Source: Gammaproteobacteria bacterium (GTDB lineage Bacteria; Pseudomonadota; Gammaproteobacteria; Steroidobacterales; Foliamicaceae). Taken from it: DNA of 64,000 nucleotides. This document shows, piece after piece, positions 34,171 through 43,847 of this stretch. The first letter of the stretch is position 1, and each line of letters opens with the position of its first letter. Below the pieces are notes generated by a model. The model did not search any database. It was not told where the DNA came from and saw only the letters and a program-made list of their open reading frames with translations. Position numbers and translations under genes: made by a program. The DNA lies in assembly GCA_965115835.1 (NCBI GenBank), contig OZ220471.1, forward strand, positions 71,037 through 135,036. The letters are read 5' to 3'.

Positions 34171-34449
34171 ATGAAAATGCCCCTCTACGAAGTCTTCGTG
34201 CGCTCCGGGCGCGGCCTGGACCACAAGCATGTGGGCAGCCTGCACGCCGAGGACGGCGCCCAGGCGCTCAAGTACGCGCGCGACTGCTATACCCGGCGCA
34301 GCGAGGGCGTGAGCATCTGGGTGGTCCGCTCCAGCGACATCCTTGCTTCGCAGGAAGAGGATGCGGCCAGCTTCTTCGATCCTGCGGACGAAAAACCCTA
34401 TCGCCACGCCACCCACTATCGCCTCCCCGAGGCAATCAGGAACCTGTGA
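34171..34449 (+). CDS. paaB: 1,2-phenylacetyl-CoA epoxidase subunit B
   Basis: This is a 92-aa protein, MPLYEVFVRSGRGLDHKHVGSLHAEDGAQALKYARDCYTRR, with PaaB family pattern and position. Confidence 0.9.
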   Translation: MKMPLYEVFVRSGRGLDHKHVGSLHAEDGAQALKYARDCYTRRSEGVSIWVVRSSDILASQEEDAASFFDPADEKPYRHATHYRLPEAIRNL

Positions 34450-35201
34450 ACCGCTCCGCCCTCTTTGGTTTCGCGCTTGCTCTGGGCGACGATTCGCTGG
34501 TGCTGGGCCAGCGCCTGTCGGAATGGTGCGGCAACGCGCCGTTTCTGGAAGAGGATCTCGCTGTCGCCAACGTGGCGCTGGACTACATGGGCCGGGCGGA
34601 CCTCTTCTACCGCTACGCCGCCGAACTGGAAGGCGGAAAGCGCAGCGCCGATGAACTCGCGTTCCTGCGCGACAGCCGCGAGTTCCGCAACCTCCTGATT
34701 TGCGAGCTGCCGGTGGGCGACTTCGCCTTCACCATGGCCCGTCAGGCCATGATCGATACCTTCAACCTGCCGTACCTTCAGCGCCTCGGCCGCTCCTCGG
34801 ACCTCCGCCTCGCCGCGATTGCCGGCAAGGCGGTCAAGGAAAGCCGCTATCACCTTCAGCGCAGCCGCGAATGGGTGCTGTGCTTCGGTGACGGCGCCGA
34901 AGAAAGCCATGCGAGGATCCAGAGCGCCTTCGATGCCTTGTGGGGCTACTCCCCCGAAATGTTCGAGATGACCGGCGATGAGCAAGCCCTGCGCGAAAGT
35001 GGCGTTTCGGTAGATCGCGCGGCGCTGAAGGCGGACTGGGAGGCGTCGATGACGGGGCTCCTCGCCGAGGCCACGCTCGAGCCGCCGCAGGGAGAGTGGT
35101 CGATTACGGGCGGCCGCGACGGCGTGCATACCGAACATCACGGCTACCTTCTGGCCGAGATGCAGTCCGTGCAGCGCGCCTTCCCGGGGCTTGACTGGTA
35201 G
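34446..35201 (+). CDS. paaC: 1,2-phenylacetyl-CoA epoxidase subunit C
   Basis: This is a 251-aa protein, ...LALGDDSLVLGQRLSEWCGNAPFLEEDLAVANVALDYMGRA..., with PaaC pattern. It overlaps the paaB stop. Confidence 0.85.
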   Translation: MNRSALFGFALALGDDSLVLGQRLSEWCGNAPFLEEDLAVANVALDYMGRADLFYRYAAELEGGKRSADELAFLRDSREFRNLLICELPVGDFAFTMARQAMIDTFNLPYLQRLGRSSDLRLAAIAGKAVKESRYHLQRSREWVLCFGDGAEESHARIQSAFDALWGYSPEMFEMTGDEQALRESGVSVDRAALKADWEASMTGLLAEATLEPPQGEWSITGGRDGVHTEHHGYLLAEMQSVQRAFPGLDW

Positions 35202-35213
35202 CCCGCGCGACCC

Positions 35214-36308
35214 ATGAGCCACGCCGGCTACCATCCGTTGCGCGTGGCGGAGGTCATCCCGGAAACCGCCAACGCGGTTTGCGTCGCCTTCGATGTGCCC
35301 GAGCCGCTGCGCGCGGCTTTTCGCTTCATCCAGGGCCAATACCTCACCCTGAGCGCCGAGATCGACGGCGAAGTGGTGAGTCGTTCGTATTCGATCTGCT
35401 CCGGCGTTGACGACGGTTGCCTCAAGGTGGGCATCAGGAAGATCGAAGGCGGCGTATTCTCCACCTACGCCAACGAATCGCTGCGCGCCGGCGACGAAAT
35501 CCGGGTGCTGCCGCCGCAGGGCAACTTCTTCGTCCCGCTGTCGGCGGACAACGAGAAGAACTACATGTGCCTTTGTGTCGGCAGCGGGATCACGCCCATC
35601 CTGTCGATCGTCAAGACCATCCTCAAGCGCGAGTCGCGAAGTATCGTGACCCTCCTGTACGGCAACCGCAACTCCGCCACGGTGATGTTCAGGGACGAGC
35701 TGGGTTTTCTCAAGAACCGGTACATGACGCGGTTGAACTGGATCAACATCCTGAGCCGCGAGGAGCAGGACGCCGAGGTTCTCTACGGCCGTCTGGACAA
35801 CCGCAAGGGCGGCGAATTGCAGCGCAAGCGCCTGATCGATATCGGCGGCACGGACGAGTTCTTCCTGTGCGGGCCGCAGTCGATGATTTCGGAAGTCTCG
35901 CGCGGGCTGCGCGGCGCCGGCGTGGACGAATCGCATATCCACTACGAGCTGTTCTCCTCCTCGGTGGAAGACGCCCGCGCCGCGGTCGAGAAGCATCGGG
36001 CCCGTTCCCGGCAATACGCCGGGCGGGTCAGCGAAGTCACCGTTACCGTGGACGGCCGTTCATCCCGGTTCGATTTGTCCGCCGATGGCGAGAGCATTCT
36101 CGACGGGGCGCTGCGCAACGGCGCGGACCTGCCGTTCTCCTGCAAGGGCGGCGTGTGCGCCACCTGCCGGGCGCGCCTGATCCGGGGCGAGGTGGAGCTG
36201 GACATCAACCATGCGCTGAGCGAACAGGAACTGGCCGAGGGCCTGATCCTGACCTGTCAGGCCCACCCGGTCACCGACCGGGTGGCGGTGGACTTCGACC
36301 GGTCATGA
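35214..36308 (+). CDS. paaE: 1,2-phenylacetyl-CoA epoxidase reductase subunit (FNR-like + plant-type 2Fe-2S)
   Basis: FAD/NAD-binding domain (RSYSICS, GSGITPILSI) and a C-terminal ferredoxin (SCKGGVCATCRARL...LTCQA). It follows paaC after a 12-nt gap, leaving no room for paaD. Confidence 0.9.
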   Translation: MSHAGYHPLRVAEVIPETANAVCVAFDVPEPLRAAFRFIQGQYLTLSAEIDGEVVSRSYSICSGVDDGCLKVGIRKIEGGVFSTYANESLRAGDEIRVLPPQGNFFVPLSADNEKNYMCLCVGSGITPILSIVKTILKRESRSIVTLLYGNRNSATVMFRDELGFLKNRYMTRLNWINILSREEQDAEVLYGRLDNRKGGELQRKRLIDIGGTDEFFLCGPQSMISEVSRGLRGAGVDESHIHYELFSSSVEDARAAVEKHRARSRQYAGRVSEVTVTVDGRSSRFDLSADGESILDGALRNGADLPFSCKGGVCATCRARLIRGEVELDINHALSEQELAEGLILTCQAHPVTDRVAVDFDRS

Positions 36309-37240
36309 GCGAGCTGCGCGTCACCCGGGAGAAAATTTCAGGACGTGTCGCGGAGCGCTCCAGCAGCACTGCCTCCATGGTGGTCACCGTGTTTGGCGAC
36401 GTAGTTTCCCAGCACGGGGGATGGATCTGGCTGGGCAGCCTGATCGAGGCGCTGGCGCCCTTCGGATTCGGCGAGCGCAGTGTGCGCACCGCCGTGAATC
36501 GGCTGGCGCGACAGGACTGGCTGAAGGCCGACAAGGTGGGCCGTCGCAGCTATTTTTGCTTCACCGATCCGGCCCAGGGCCATTACGAGCGCGCCGCCCG
36601 GCGGATCTACGCCTCGGAGCGCACGGAATGGGACGGCTACTGGACGCTGGTGCTGTTTTCCGGCCTGCCGGAGAAGAAGCGGGAAGCATTGGTCCGGAGC
36701 CTTTCATGGCAGAGCTTCGGCTCGCTGGCTGCCGGCGTGTACGCGCGTCCCTCCGCCGCGCGCGAGGCCCTGGACGAAACGATCGCCGGGCTCGGCCTGA
36801 GCGGCCGCGTGACAGTCTTGAGGGCGTCCACGGAGGATTCCCGTTCGCGGGCCGCAATACAGGCGCTGGCGCGCAGGAAATGGGACCTTGACGGGCTCAG
36901 GGCGCGCTACGACGACTTTCTGGACTTTTACCGGCCGCTGGCTCGCGACCTCGGTCCGGACGAGTTGACGCCCGAGCAAAGCTTCTGGCTGCGCACACTC
37001 ATGGTTCACGACTATCGGCGCGTCCTGCTTCGCGATCCCGGTTTTCCCGACGAGATCCTGCCGGCCGGCTGGTTCGGCTTCGCCGCCTGCGAGCTCATCC
37101 GTCGCGCCTACAAGGTTCTGGCGCAGTCGTCCGTGGACTATATCTGCCGCCGTCTCCTGAACGCCGAAGGCTTCATGCCCGCGCCCGGCCGCCGCTTCCG
37201 CCTGCGCTTCGGAGGCCTCGAACAGGGCGGCCGCGCATGA
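36305..37240 (+). CDS. paaX: phenylacetic acid degradation operon repressor PaaX
   Basis: ATG 36305 overlaps the paaE stop (ATGA). MVVTVFGDVVSQHGGWIWLGSLIEALAPFGFGERSVRTAVNRLARQDWL is the PaaX N-terminal wHTH pattern. Only the last 311 codons of the 607-aa track ORF are used. Confidence 0.85.
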   Translation: MSELRVTREKISGRVAERSSSTASMVVTVFGDVVSQHGGWIWLGSLIEALAPFGFGERSVRTAVNRLARQDWLKADKVGRRSYFCFTDPAQGHYERAARRIYASERTEWDGYWTLVLFSGLPEKKREALVRSLSWQSFGSLAAGVYARPSAAREALDETIAGLGLSGRVTVLRASTEDSRSRAAIQALARRKWDLDGLRARYDDFLDFYRPLARDLGPDELTPEQSFWLRTLMVHDYRRVLLRDPGFPDEILPAGWFGFAACELIRRAYKVLAQSSVDYICRRLLNAEGFMPAPGRRFRLRFGGLEQGGRA

Positions 37241-37268
37241 CCGGGCAGGCTGGGGTGCGGCGCCCGGC

Positions 37269-38084
37269 TCAACTTCCGGGCGTCGGGCTTTCGACCGGTC
37301 CGTGGCGGGACGGTTCCCCGTAACCGCCGAGGAAGACCTTGCTGCAGAACTCGGTCCTGCTGTTGACCGAGAGTTTGTCGAACAGGTGCTGGATGTGACT
37401 GCGCAGCGTGGGCAGCGACATGTGCAGCGCACGGCAGATGATCTTGTCCGAACCGCCTTGCAGCACCGCGCAGGCCACCTCGAGTTCCCTGGGCGTGAGG
37501 CCGAACTGGTCCGCAAGCTGCTGGCGAACCTCGTCGATGTCCAGCGCCGACGCCTGATGTCTGGCGAACAGGATATTGCGCATCGCGTTGCGGAAATGCG
37601 GCGCGATCATGTCCAGAATTTCCAGCTCCCGGCGATCGAAGTTCTCGCGCTTTCGTGACCGCCAGATGCGAAAGTCGCCGATATTGCGGTTGCCATTGTC
37701 GTAAACGTAGATATTGATGCCGTAGTGCAGGCCGTCCACGGCCAGGAAATCGTTGAAGAACCGGGTCTTGACGAGCTCGCGCTGCCTCATGACCTCGTTG
37801 ACGGACACGGCGCGCCGGTAGGGTTGCATCTTGAAGGTGATCGGATCGTGGAACTGGTAGTACTGCTGGTACAGCTTGAGATTGTCCGGCGACATGTTCA
37901 GGAATACGGGTCGGTTGAACACGCCTTCTTTCTCGTCCCAGACATAGGACGCGAAGTGATCCGCCTGCAGGAGATCCAGCAGCGCCCTTCCGGCGCGCCG
38001 GCGAATGGTCTGGTCGTCCAGGCTGTCGTTCAGATGCTGGATGACGCTCAGCAGCTGGCGCCACTCTTTCTGGGACAGGTCCAC
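37269..38084 (-). CDS. LuxR-family transcriptional regulator (C-terminal HTH, uncharacterised N-terminal sensor domain)
   Basis: The C-terminal LTPRELEVACAVLQGGSDKIICRALHMSLPTLRSHIQHLFDKLSV is a GerE/LuxR HTH. The N-terminal ~190 aa has no motif I can name. Confidence 0.8.
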   Translation of the reverse strand: MDLSQKEWRQLLSVIQHLNDSLDDQTIRRRAGRALLDLLQADHFASYVWDEKEGVFNRPVFLNMSPDNLKLYQQYYQFHDPITFKMQPYRRAVSVNEVMRQRELVKTRFFNDFLAVDGLHYGINIYVYDNGNRNIGDFRIWRSRKRENFDRRELEILDMIAPHFRNAMRNILFARHQASALDIDEVRQQLADQFGLTPRELEVACAVLQGGSDKIICRALHMSLPTLRSHIQHLFDKLSVNSRTEFCSKVFLGGYGEPSRHGPVESPTPGS

Positions 38085-38150
38085 CCCATGAAGTCTAACC
38101 CGCAGATATCACCGCATTCCGGACTTCCACGATCCGGCGAGAGGCGGGGG

Positions 38151-40346
38151 TCAGAAGCGCCAGGTCAGGGTGGCTCCGTACATTACGGGATCGCCGAACA
38201 CCGCCACCACGCTGGAGGCGATCGTGTAGACATGGCTGATGTATTCCTCGTCCGCCAGATTCTTGCCCCACAACGCCAGTTCCAGCGCGCCGTCGCTTCG
38301 GGTCCAGCTCACCCTTGCGTCGAACAGGTCGAAGGCTGGCTGAATCGCCCAGGGCTCCAGTTCGCCGCGCTGGTCGTCCGTGTAGCGCCAGCTCAAGTTC
38401 ACCCCCAACTCCGAGCCGTTCGCCAGGGTGACGGTGTAATCGGCATTGAGGTTGGACTTGTTCTCCGGCGCCCGGATCAGGTTCTGGCCCGACTGGTCCG
38501 GAAAGGCCGTGCCGGGGATGTTGGTATTGCCGAACTCGCTGTCCTGGAATGCATGGAAGCCCGAAAGCGTCAGGTGCTCGTTCACCACCCAGGTGGCTTC
38601 CACCTCGATCCCCTGGACCTTCGCGTCGCCGGCGTTGAAGGTCTGGAAGGTCCCGAAGGCAGCAGCAGCAGTCAGGGGGCCGAAAGTCTGGATCTGAAGA
38701 TCCTGGTATTCCGTGTAGAACAGCGCGGCGTTCAGGCGGAAACTGCCCGCCAGATCGGCCTTGACGCCGAGCTCGTAATTGAGCGCTTCCTCCTGGTCCA
38801 GAGGCTTGGTGAACTCGATGCCCTGGGGGGCGGCCGCGAACCCGCCGCTCTTGAAGCCCCAGGAGACCGCGCCGTAGACGGTGGTGTCGTCATTCGGCAT
38901 CCAGGCCAGCGAGAACTTGGGCGTGAACGCGCTCCAGTTCTCGCTTACCGAGTTGGAAAAGGTCTGGTTGATAACCACGAAGTCGCCGGCAACCGCCTTG
39001 TTGTCGATCGCTTTCCTGTCGGCGCTGTAGCGCCCGCCCAGCGTCAGTTCCCAGGCGTCGGCGAAGGCCCAGTCGAACTGGCCGAAAGCGGCGTAGCTGG
39101 TGGTGCGGTTGATCTGCCGGTACCAGTCGGTGGCGCCGTTGTCCGCGTTGGGCGTGCAGTCGCTGGCCGTCACGTCGTTGTCGAAGCACTCCGTGCGGTC
39201 GGTTTCCTCGCGCAGGTACCACAGCCCGGCCACATAGTCGATGTTGTCGCCGATGCTGGAGACCCAGCGGAATTCCTGCGTGAACTGATCGGTGAGATCG
39301 AATATGTCGTCGTTGACCTGATTGAAAAGCGGCGGCAGCGCCGAGACCGGCGTACCGGTGGAGTCCATGTTCCAGTCCGCTTCGTTTTCGCGATAGGCCG
39401 TAATCGAGGTCAGCGTGCCGCTTTCGAGGCTCCAGTCGAGTTTTGCGCTCAAGCCCCAGGCGTCCCTTTTGGCGTAGCCGTCGACCGGTCCCGCCGAGCA
39501 GTCCGGGCCGCGGTTGGCGCACAGCTCCGAGTAGCCGCCCGGGACCGCCGCCGCCCAGAAAGCCGGGTCGCCCGTCTCGCCGGTGGCCACCGGGATGCGC
39601 GCCATGTCCTCAATATCCAGCTGGTTGAAATCGGCGCTGAGCAGGGCTTCGAAGTTCTCTCCCGCATGGAGCAGCTGCCCGCGAAACGCCTTTACATCGT
39701 CATCCTTGAGCTTCTTGCGGAGAAGCACATTGTCCACCCAGCCGTCGCGTTTGCGGTAACTGAATGACGCCTTGCCGGCCCAGCCGCGCCCCAGGGGGCC
39801 GGTCACCAGGCCCGCGATGTCCCGTCTGGCGTAGTTGCCCAGACTCACCCGAACCCTGCCCTCCGGTTCTTCCGTGTTGGGGCGGGTGGATACCACGTTG
39901 ATGGCGCCGCCAATGGTGTTCTTGCCGTACAGGGTGCCCTGGGGGCCGCGCAGCACCTCCACCCGTTCGAGGTCGAACATTTCCGGATTGATGTTGGACA
40001 CGCGGCCGAGATACACATCGTCGACGAACACCGCCACCGAGTTGTCGGTGCCCGCTCCGTCATCGTTGGAGGATGCGCCGCGCAGCGCCACGATGTTCTG
40101 ACCCGGCGAAAAGGGCGAGAACGTAAGCCCCGGAACGCGGGTGGCGATGTCGGTCAGGTCGTGAATATCGGCCTGCTCGATGGTCGGGCGGCTCAGGGCC
40201 GTGATCGCGTTGGGCACCTCCTGAAGGTTCTCCGAGCGCTTCTCGGCGGTAATCACGATTTCTTCGAGTTCCTGGGCCGCCAGCGGGTCCGAAAGGAGGC
40301 CCGCAGCCAGAAACAGGCCAGGGGGAATGATACGCAGATGGAACAT
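38151..40346 (-). CDS. TonB-dependent outer membrane receptor
   Basis: ATG 40346 is preceded by GAGGAG. Signal peptide MFHLRIIPPGLFLAAGLLSDPLAA, TonB-box/plug (EEIVITAEKRSENLQEVPNAITAL...RVEVLRGPQGTLYGKNTIGGAINVV), and a barrel ending ...YGATLTWRF. Confidence 0.9.
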   Translation of the reverse strand: MFHLRIIPPGLFLAAGLLSDPLAAQELEEIVITAEKRSENLQEVPNAITALSRPTIEQADIHDLTDIATRVPGLTFSPFSPGQNIVALRGASSNDDGAGTDNSVAVFVDDVYLGRVSNINPEMFDLERVEVLRGPQGTLYGKNTIGGAINVVSTRPNTEEPEGRVRVSLGNYARRDIAGLVTGPLGRGWAGKASFSYRKRDGWVDNVLLRKKLKDDDVKAFRGQLLHAGENFEALLSADFNQLDIEDMARIPVATGETGDPAFWAAAVPGGYSELCANRGPDCSAGPVDGYAKRDAWGLSAKLDWSLESGTLTSITAYRENEADWNMDSTGTPVSALPPLFNQVNDDIFDLTDQFTQEFRWVSSIGDNIDYVAGLWYLREETDRTECFDNDVTASDCTPNADNGATDWYRQINRTTSYAAFGQFDWAFADAWELTLGGRYSADRKAIDNKAVAGDFVVINQTFSNSVSENWSAFTPKFSLAWMPNDDTTVYGAVSWGFKSGGFAAAPQGIEFTKPLDQEEALNYELGVKADLAGSFRLNAALFYTEYQDLQIQTFGPLTAAAAFGTFQTFNAGDAKVQGIEVEATWVVNEHLTLSGFHAFQDSEFGNTNIPGTAFPDQSGQNLIRAPENKSNLNADYTVTLANGSELGVNLSWRYTDDQRGELEPWAIQPAFDLFDARVSWTRSDGALELALWGKNLADEEYISHVYTIASSVVAVFGDPVMYGATLTWRF

Positions 40347-40351
40347 GATGG

Positions 40352-41863
40352 TTACTCCTCGTAGGGTTTCGGGCGTGCGCATGTGCTGGGCCGCCCCCGG
40401 GCGGCCTCGCCGATCAGCGCCTCGATGGCCGCTCCGATCTCGAGCAGCCGCCGGTCGCTGCCCTCCGGGCCGTCGATTTCGACGCCCGCGGGCATTTCGC
40501 CGGCGGTTACGGCAAGCGGGATGGACAATCCGGGGATTCCGGCGTTGCTGCCGGGATCGGTGTTGCGGATATAAGTGGGAAAGGTGGGGACCTGCTCCCC
40601 GTTCAGATCCACGGTGTCGCCAGCTTCGCGGATCGGCCGGGCGGTAAGCGGCGTGGTGGGGAAGACGATCGCCTCCACAAGGTGTTCGGCGAAGTAGTTC
40701 GCGTAGGCGCGGCGCAGCAGGGGGCGGTCATGGTCGATCGCCTGACGGTAGTCTTCCTCGGGCATGTCGCCGTTCACCACGCCGGCGAAAATTTCCCTGA
40801 CGTCCGGGCTGGCGATCGAATCCGCCAGCGCTTCCAGTGTGCCGCCGGGCAGGTTCTCCACCACGTAATCGCGCAGCAGCGGGCCGGTTTCGAACAGCAC
40901 CACCGGGAAGCTTACCGCCTGATTCAGTTCGGCCACGCGGTTGATGTTCGCCTCGACGAGCACGGCGCCCGCTGCGCGCAGCGCCTCCAGCAGCGCCCCG
41001 ATGCGCCGCGCCACCAGCGGTTCCAGCGAGTCGTAGAAATGGCGTCTGGGCACGCCCAGGCGCAGCCCTGCAAGTTCGGCGAGCCCGAGAGCGGTGTCCT
41101 CGTCCGCCATCACCGCGTCCAGCAGGGCGACATCGGCCACGCTTCGGCCCATCGGCCCCACCGTGTCGCGGGTGCCGGACAGGCGCGCCAGACCTTCCGA
41201 GGGATAGCGCCCCACTGTCGGGCGGAACCCCACGATGCCGTTCAGCGCCGCCGGTATGCGGCTGCTGCCGCCGGTGTCGGTTCCCAGGCCGGCCACCGCC
41301 ATGCCCGCCGCCACCGCCACCGCGGTTCCGCCGCTGCTGCCGCCGGCGATGTAGAGGGGGTCGCAGGCATTGCCCACATCGCCGAAGGCCGCATTCTTGC
41401 TGGTGATGCCGAAGGCCAGTTCGTGCATGTTGGTCTTGCCCAGAACAATGGCGCCGGCTGCCCTGAGGCGCGCGACCACCGGCGCGTCCGCTTCGGGCAC
41501 GAATGACCTGAGCAGCGGCGTGCCGGCGGTATTCGGCATGCCACTCACATGAATGTTGTCCTTGACCGCAACCGGAATACCCTGCAGGGGTCCCGAGCGT
41601 TTCCCGCGTTCCCTGTCCTTCGCCCGCGCCTTTTGCAGGGCTCCGCTGCGGTCCACGAAAATGAAGGCGTTCAATTCTTCCTGCCGGTCAATGGCCTTGA
41701 GCGCCCGGTTCGCGAGCTGCTCGGCGGAGAGTTCGCCATCCGCCATCATTTGTTGCAGCGAAGCAATGGATTTGCGGGGCAAGGCGGCGTTCGCTGCCGA
41801 CTGCGCAGCGAAAGCGGCGAGCGCCAGAACCACAGCCGCACCGCAAGGGACCTGCCTGTTCAC
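40352..41863 (-). CDS. secreted amidase (amidase-signature family)
   Basis: N-terminal signal-like peptide ([16 protein letters not shown]) and AS-family core [43 protein letters not shown]. The stop lies 5 nt before the receptor start codon. Confidence 0.85.
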   Translation of the reverse strand: MNRQVPCGAAVVLALAAFAAQSAANAALPRKSIASLQQMMADGELSAEQLANRALKAIDRQEELNAFIFVDRSGALQKARAKDRERGKRSGPLQGIPVAVKDNIHVSGMPNTAGTPLLRSFVPEADAPVVARLRAAGAIVLGKTNMHELAFGITSKNAAFGDVGNACDPLYIAGGSSGGTAVAVAAGMAVAGLGTDTGGSSRIPAALNGIVGFRPTVGRYPSEGLARLSGTRDTVGPMGRSVADVALLDAVMADEDTALGLAELAGLRLGVPRRHFYDSLEPLVARRIGALLEALRAAGAVLVEANINRVAELNQAVSFPVVLFETGPLLRDYVVENLPGGTLEALADSIASPDVREIFAGVVNGDMPEEDYRQAIDHDRPLLRRAYANYFAEHLVEAIVFPTTPLTARPIREAGDTVDLNGEQVPTFPTYIRNTDPGSNAGIPGLSIPLAVTAGEMPAGVEIDGPEGSDRRLLEIGAAIEALIGEAARGRPSTCARPKPYEE

Positions 41864-41900
41864 AATATCGCCACCCTATCAGGCGCCGTGCCGAAAGAAA

Positions 41901-41918
41901 ATCATCAAAATTGATGAT
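41901..41918. promoter_or_regulatory. perfect 8-2-8 inverted repeat ATCATCAA-AA-TTGATGAT upstream of the amidase/TonB-receptor operon (candidate operator)
   Basis: Read directly. It lies 38 nt upstream of the amidase start codon, inside a short AT-rich patch of the divergent intergenic region. Confidence 0.4.
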
Positions 41919-42218
41919 CCTTCGCGGACCCCTGTTCGGGCAACTACCGGCAACGAAAAGGCGACAGCATGGCGTGCGCGGCCTTTGTGAAGCAGGCTGG
42001 TGCGCGCAAGTCCGGCGGAATCGTCCGGGAACCGCGAAGGTCGGCGCGATTTTCGGGCATCATTGCAGGGATCAGTGAAAGCATGGGTGGCGGGCCAGGA
42101 TGTGGCAAGGCCGCAGCCCGGTCTGGTTCGGCAGGCGGGGGGACAGTGGCGCCTGGATCCTGGTCGAATGCGAGTCGTGCGTTTTTTGCTGCCGCGCTGG
42201 CAGGACGGGGAAAAAGCG

Positions 42219-43721
42219 ATGTCACATGCACGGGTTCTCGAAGCCGCCGGATTGACCGGCAGCGATCTGGAAGGCGGAACGCTGGCTGTGCGTTCTCCCA
42301 TCGACGGCGCGCGGGTTGCCTGCGTGAGAGAGGCGGCTGCGGGCGAGATCCCCGCGGTCGCTGCGCGGGCGCAAGCCGCCTTCCGGGTCTGGCGCGAGGC
42401 GCCGGCGCCGCGCCGCGGCGAACTGGTGCGGTTGCTCGGCGAGGAACTGCGAGCCGGCAAGGAGGCGCTCGGCGCGCTCGTGACCCTGGAAGCGGGCAAG
42501 ATCGTTTCCGAAGGGCAGGGCGAGGTGCAGGAAATGATCGATATCTGCGACTTTGCGGTGGGCCTTTCGCGCCAGCTCTACGGCAGGACGATCGCCTCGG
42601 AGCGCCCGGGGCACAGGATGAGCGAGACCTGGCATCCCATGGGGCCATGCGGCGTGATCACGGCGTTCAACTTCCCGGTCGCGGTGTGGTCATGGAACGC
42701 GGCGCTGGCGCTGGTGTGCGGCAATCCGGTGATCTGGAAGCCGTCCGAGAAGACGCCGCTGACCGCGATGGCGACCATGAAGGCCCTGGAGCGCGCGCTG
42801 GCGCGTTTCGGCGATGACGCGCCGCAGGGTCTCGCGCAACTGGTCGTGGGTGGCGCCGAGGTGGGTGCTGCGCTGGCAGCCTCCCGGGACGCGCCGATCA
42901 TTTCGGCCACCGGCTCGACGCGCATGGGCGCTGTCGTCGGCCCCAGGGTAGCGGCGCGCTTCGGCCGCCCCATACTGGAGCTTGGCGGCAACAACGCCAT
43001 GATCGTGGCGCCCTCCGCGAACCTCGAGCTCGCGGTGCGAGCCATCGTTTTTTCCGCCGTGGGGACGGCGGGGCAGCGCTGCACCTCGCTGCGGCGCCTG
43101 ATCGTGCATGAATCGGTCAAGGACGAGTTGATGGGGAAGGTGTCGCACGCCTATTCCGGGCTCGCGATCGGCGACCCGCGCAACGAGGGCGTGCTGGTGG
43201 GGCCTCTGATCGATCGCGCTGCGCGCGACGCCATGATGAAGGCGCTCGAGCAGGCGCGAAGCGAGGGGGGAAAGGTAACCGGAGGCGCGAATGTGCGCGA
43301 TGGCGTTCCTGTGGCAGGATGCTACGTGAGTCCCGCCATTGTCGAAATGCCCGGGCAGACGGACACGGTGCGGGCGGAAACCTTTGCCCCCATCCTCTAT
43401 GTCATGCCGTACCGGGAGTTCGGGGAAGCGATTGCGCTGCACAACGATGTGCCTCAGGGGCTGTCCTCCTGCGTTTTCACGCAGGATCTGCGCGAGGCCG
43501 AAACCTTCCTTTCTGTTGCCGGCTCCGACTGCGGCATCGCCAACGTCAATATCGGCCCGTCGGGCGCGGAAATCGGCGGGGCCTTCGGCGGCGAGAAGGA
43601 GACGGGCGGCGGCCGCGAGTCCGGCTCGGACGCGTGGAAAGGTTATATGCGCCGCCAGACCACCACGGTGAATTATTCCACTGCCTTGCCGCTGGCGCAG
43701 GGCGTGAAATTCGACATCTGA
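42219..43721 (+). CDS. ALDH7-type aldehyde dehydrogenase (piperideine-6-carboxylate / alpha-aminoadipic semialdehyde dehydrogenase-like)
   Basis: ATG 42219 (MSHARVLEAAGL). GEVQEMIDICDFAVGLSRQLYG, FNFPVAVWSWNAALALVCGN, ELGGNNA, GQRCTSLRRL and the C-terminus SDAWKGYMRRQTTTVNYSTALPLAQGVKF are characteristic of the ALDH7/AmaB group. Confidence 0.8.
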   Translation: MSHARVLEAAGLTGSDLEGGTLAVRSPIDGARVACVREAAAGEIPAVAARAQAAFRVWREAPAPRRGELVRLLGEELRAGKEALGALVTLEAGKIVSEGQGEVQEMIDICDFAVGLSRQLYGRTIASERPGHRMSETWHPMGPCGVITAFNFPVAVWSWNAALALVCGNPVIWKPSEKTPLTAMATMKALERALARFGDDAPQGLAQLVVGGAEVGAALAASRDAPIISATGSTRMGAVVGPRVAARFGRPILELGGNNAMIVAPSANLELAVRAIVFSAVGTAGQRCTSLRRLIVHESVKDELMGKVSHAYSGLAIGDPRNEGVLVGPLIDRAARDAMMKALEQARSEGGKVTGGANVRDGVPVAGCYVSPAIVEMPGQTDTVRAETFAPILYVMPYREFGEAIALHNDVPQGLSSCVFTQDLREAETFLSVAGSDCGIANVNIGPSGAEIGGAFGGEKETGGGRESGSDAWKGYMRRQTTTVNYSTALPLAQGVKFDI

Positions 43722-43735
43722 CCGGGCATCCGGCG

Positions 43736-43828
43736 GATCCGTCCGCCCGCGCGCCGCCGGGTTCCGAACCGATGACAAGGCTGCTGGTCAGCGTCCGATC
43801 CATCCGCCCGCGCGCCGCCGGGTTCCCG
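43736..43828 (+). repeat. two direct copies of a ~31-nt GC-rich motif between convergent genes
   Basis: GATCCGTCCGCCCGCGCGCCGCCGGGTTCCG (43736-43766) and GATCCATCCGCCCGCGCGCCGCCGGGTTCCCG (43797-43828). Confidence 0.6.
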
Positions 43829-43847
43829 CAGCGGCAGTCCCGGCGCC

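Noticed and set aside
41901-41918. Reading the ATCATCAA-AA-TTGATGAT palindrome as a Fur box because it precedes a TonB-receptor operon
   Set aside because: The match to the GATAATGATAATCATTATC consensus is poor when aligned by hand. It is kept as an unassigned candidate operator only.
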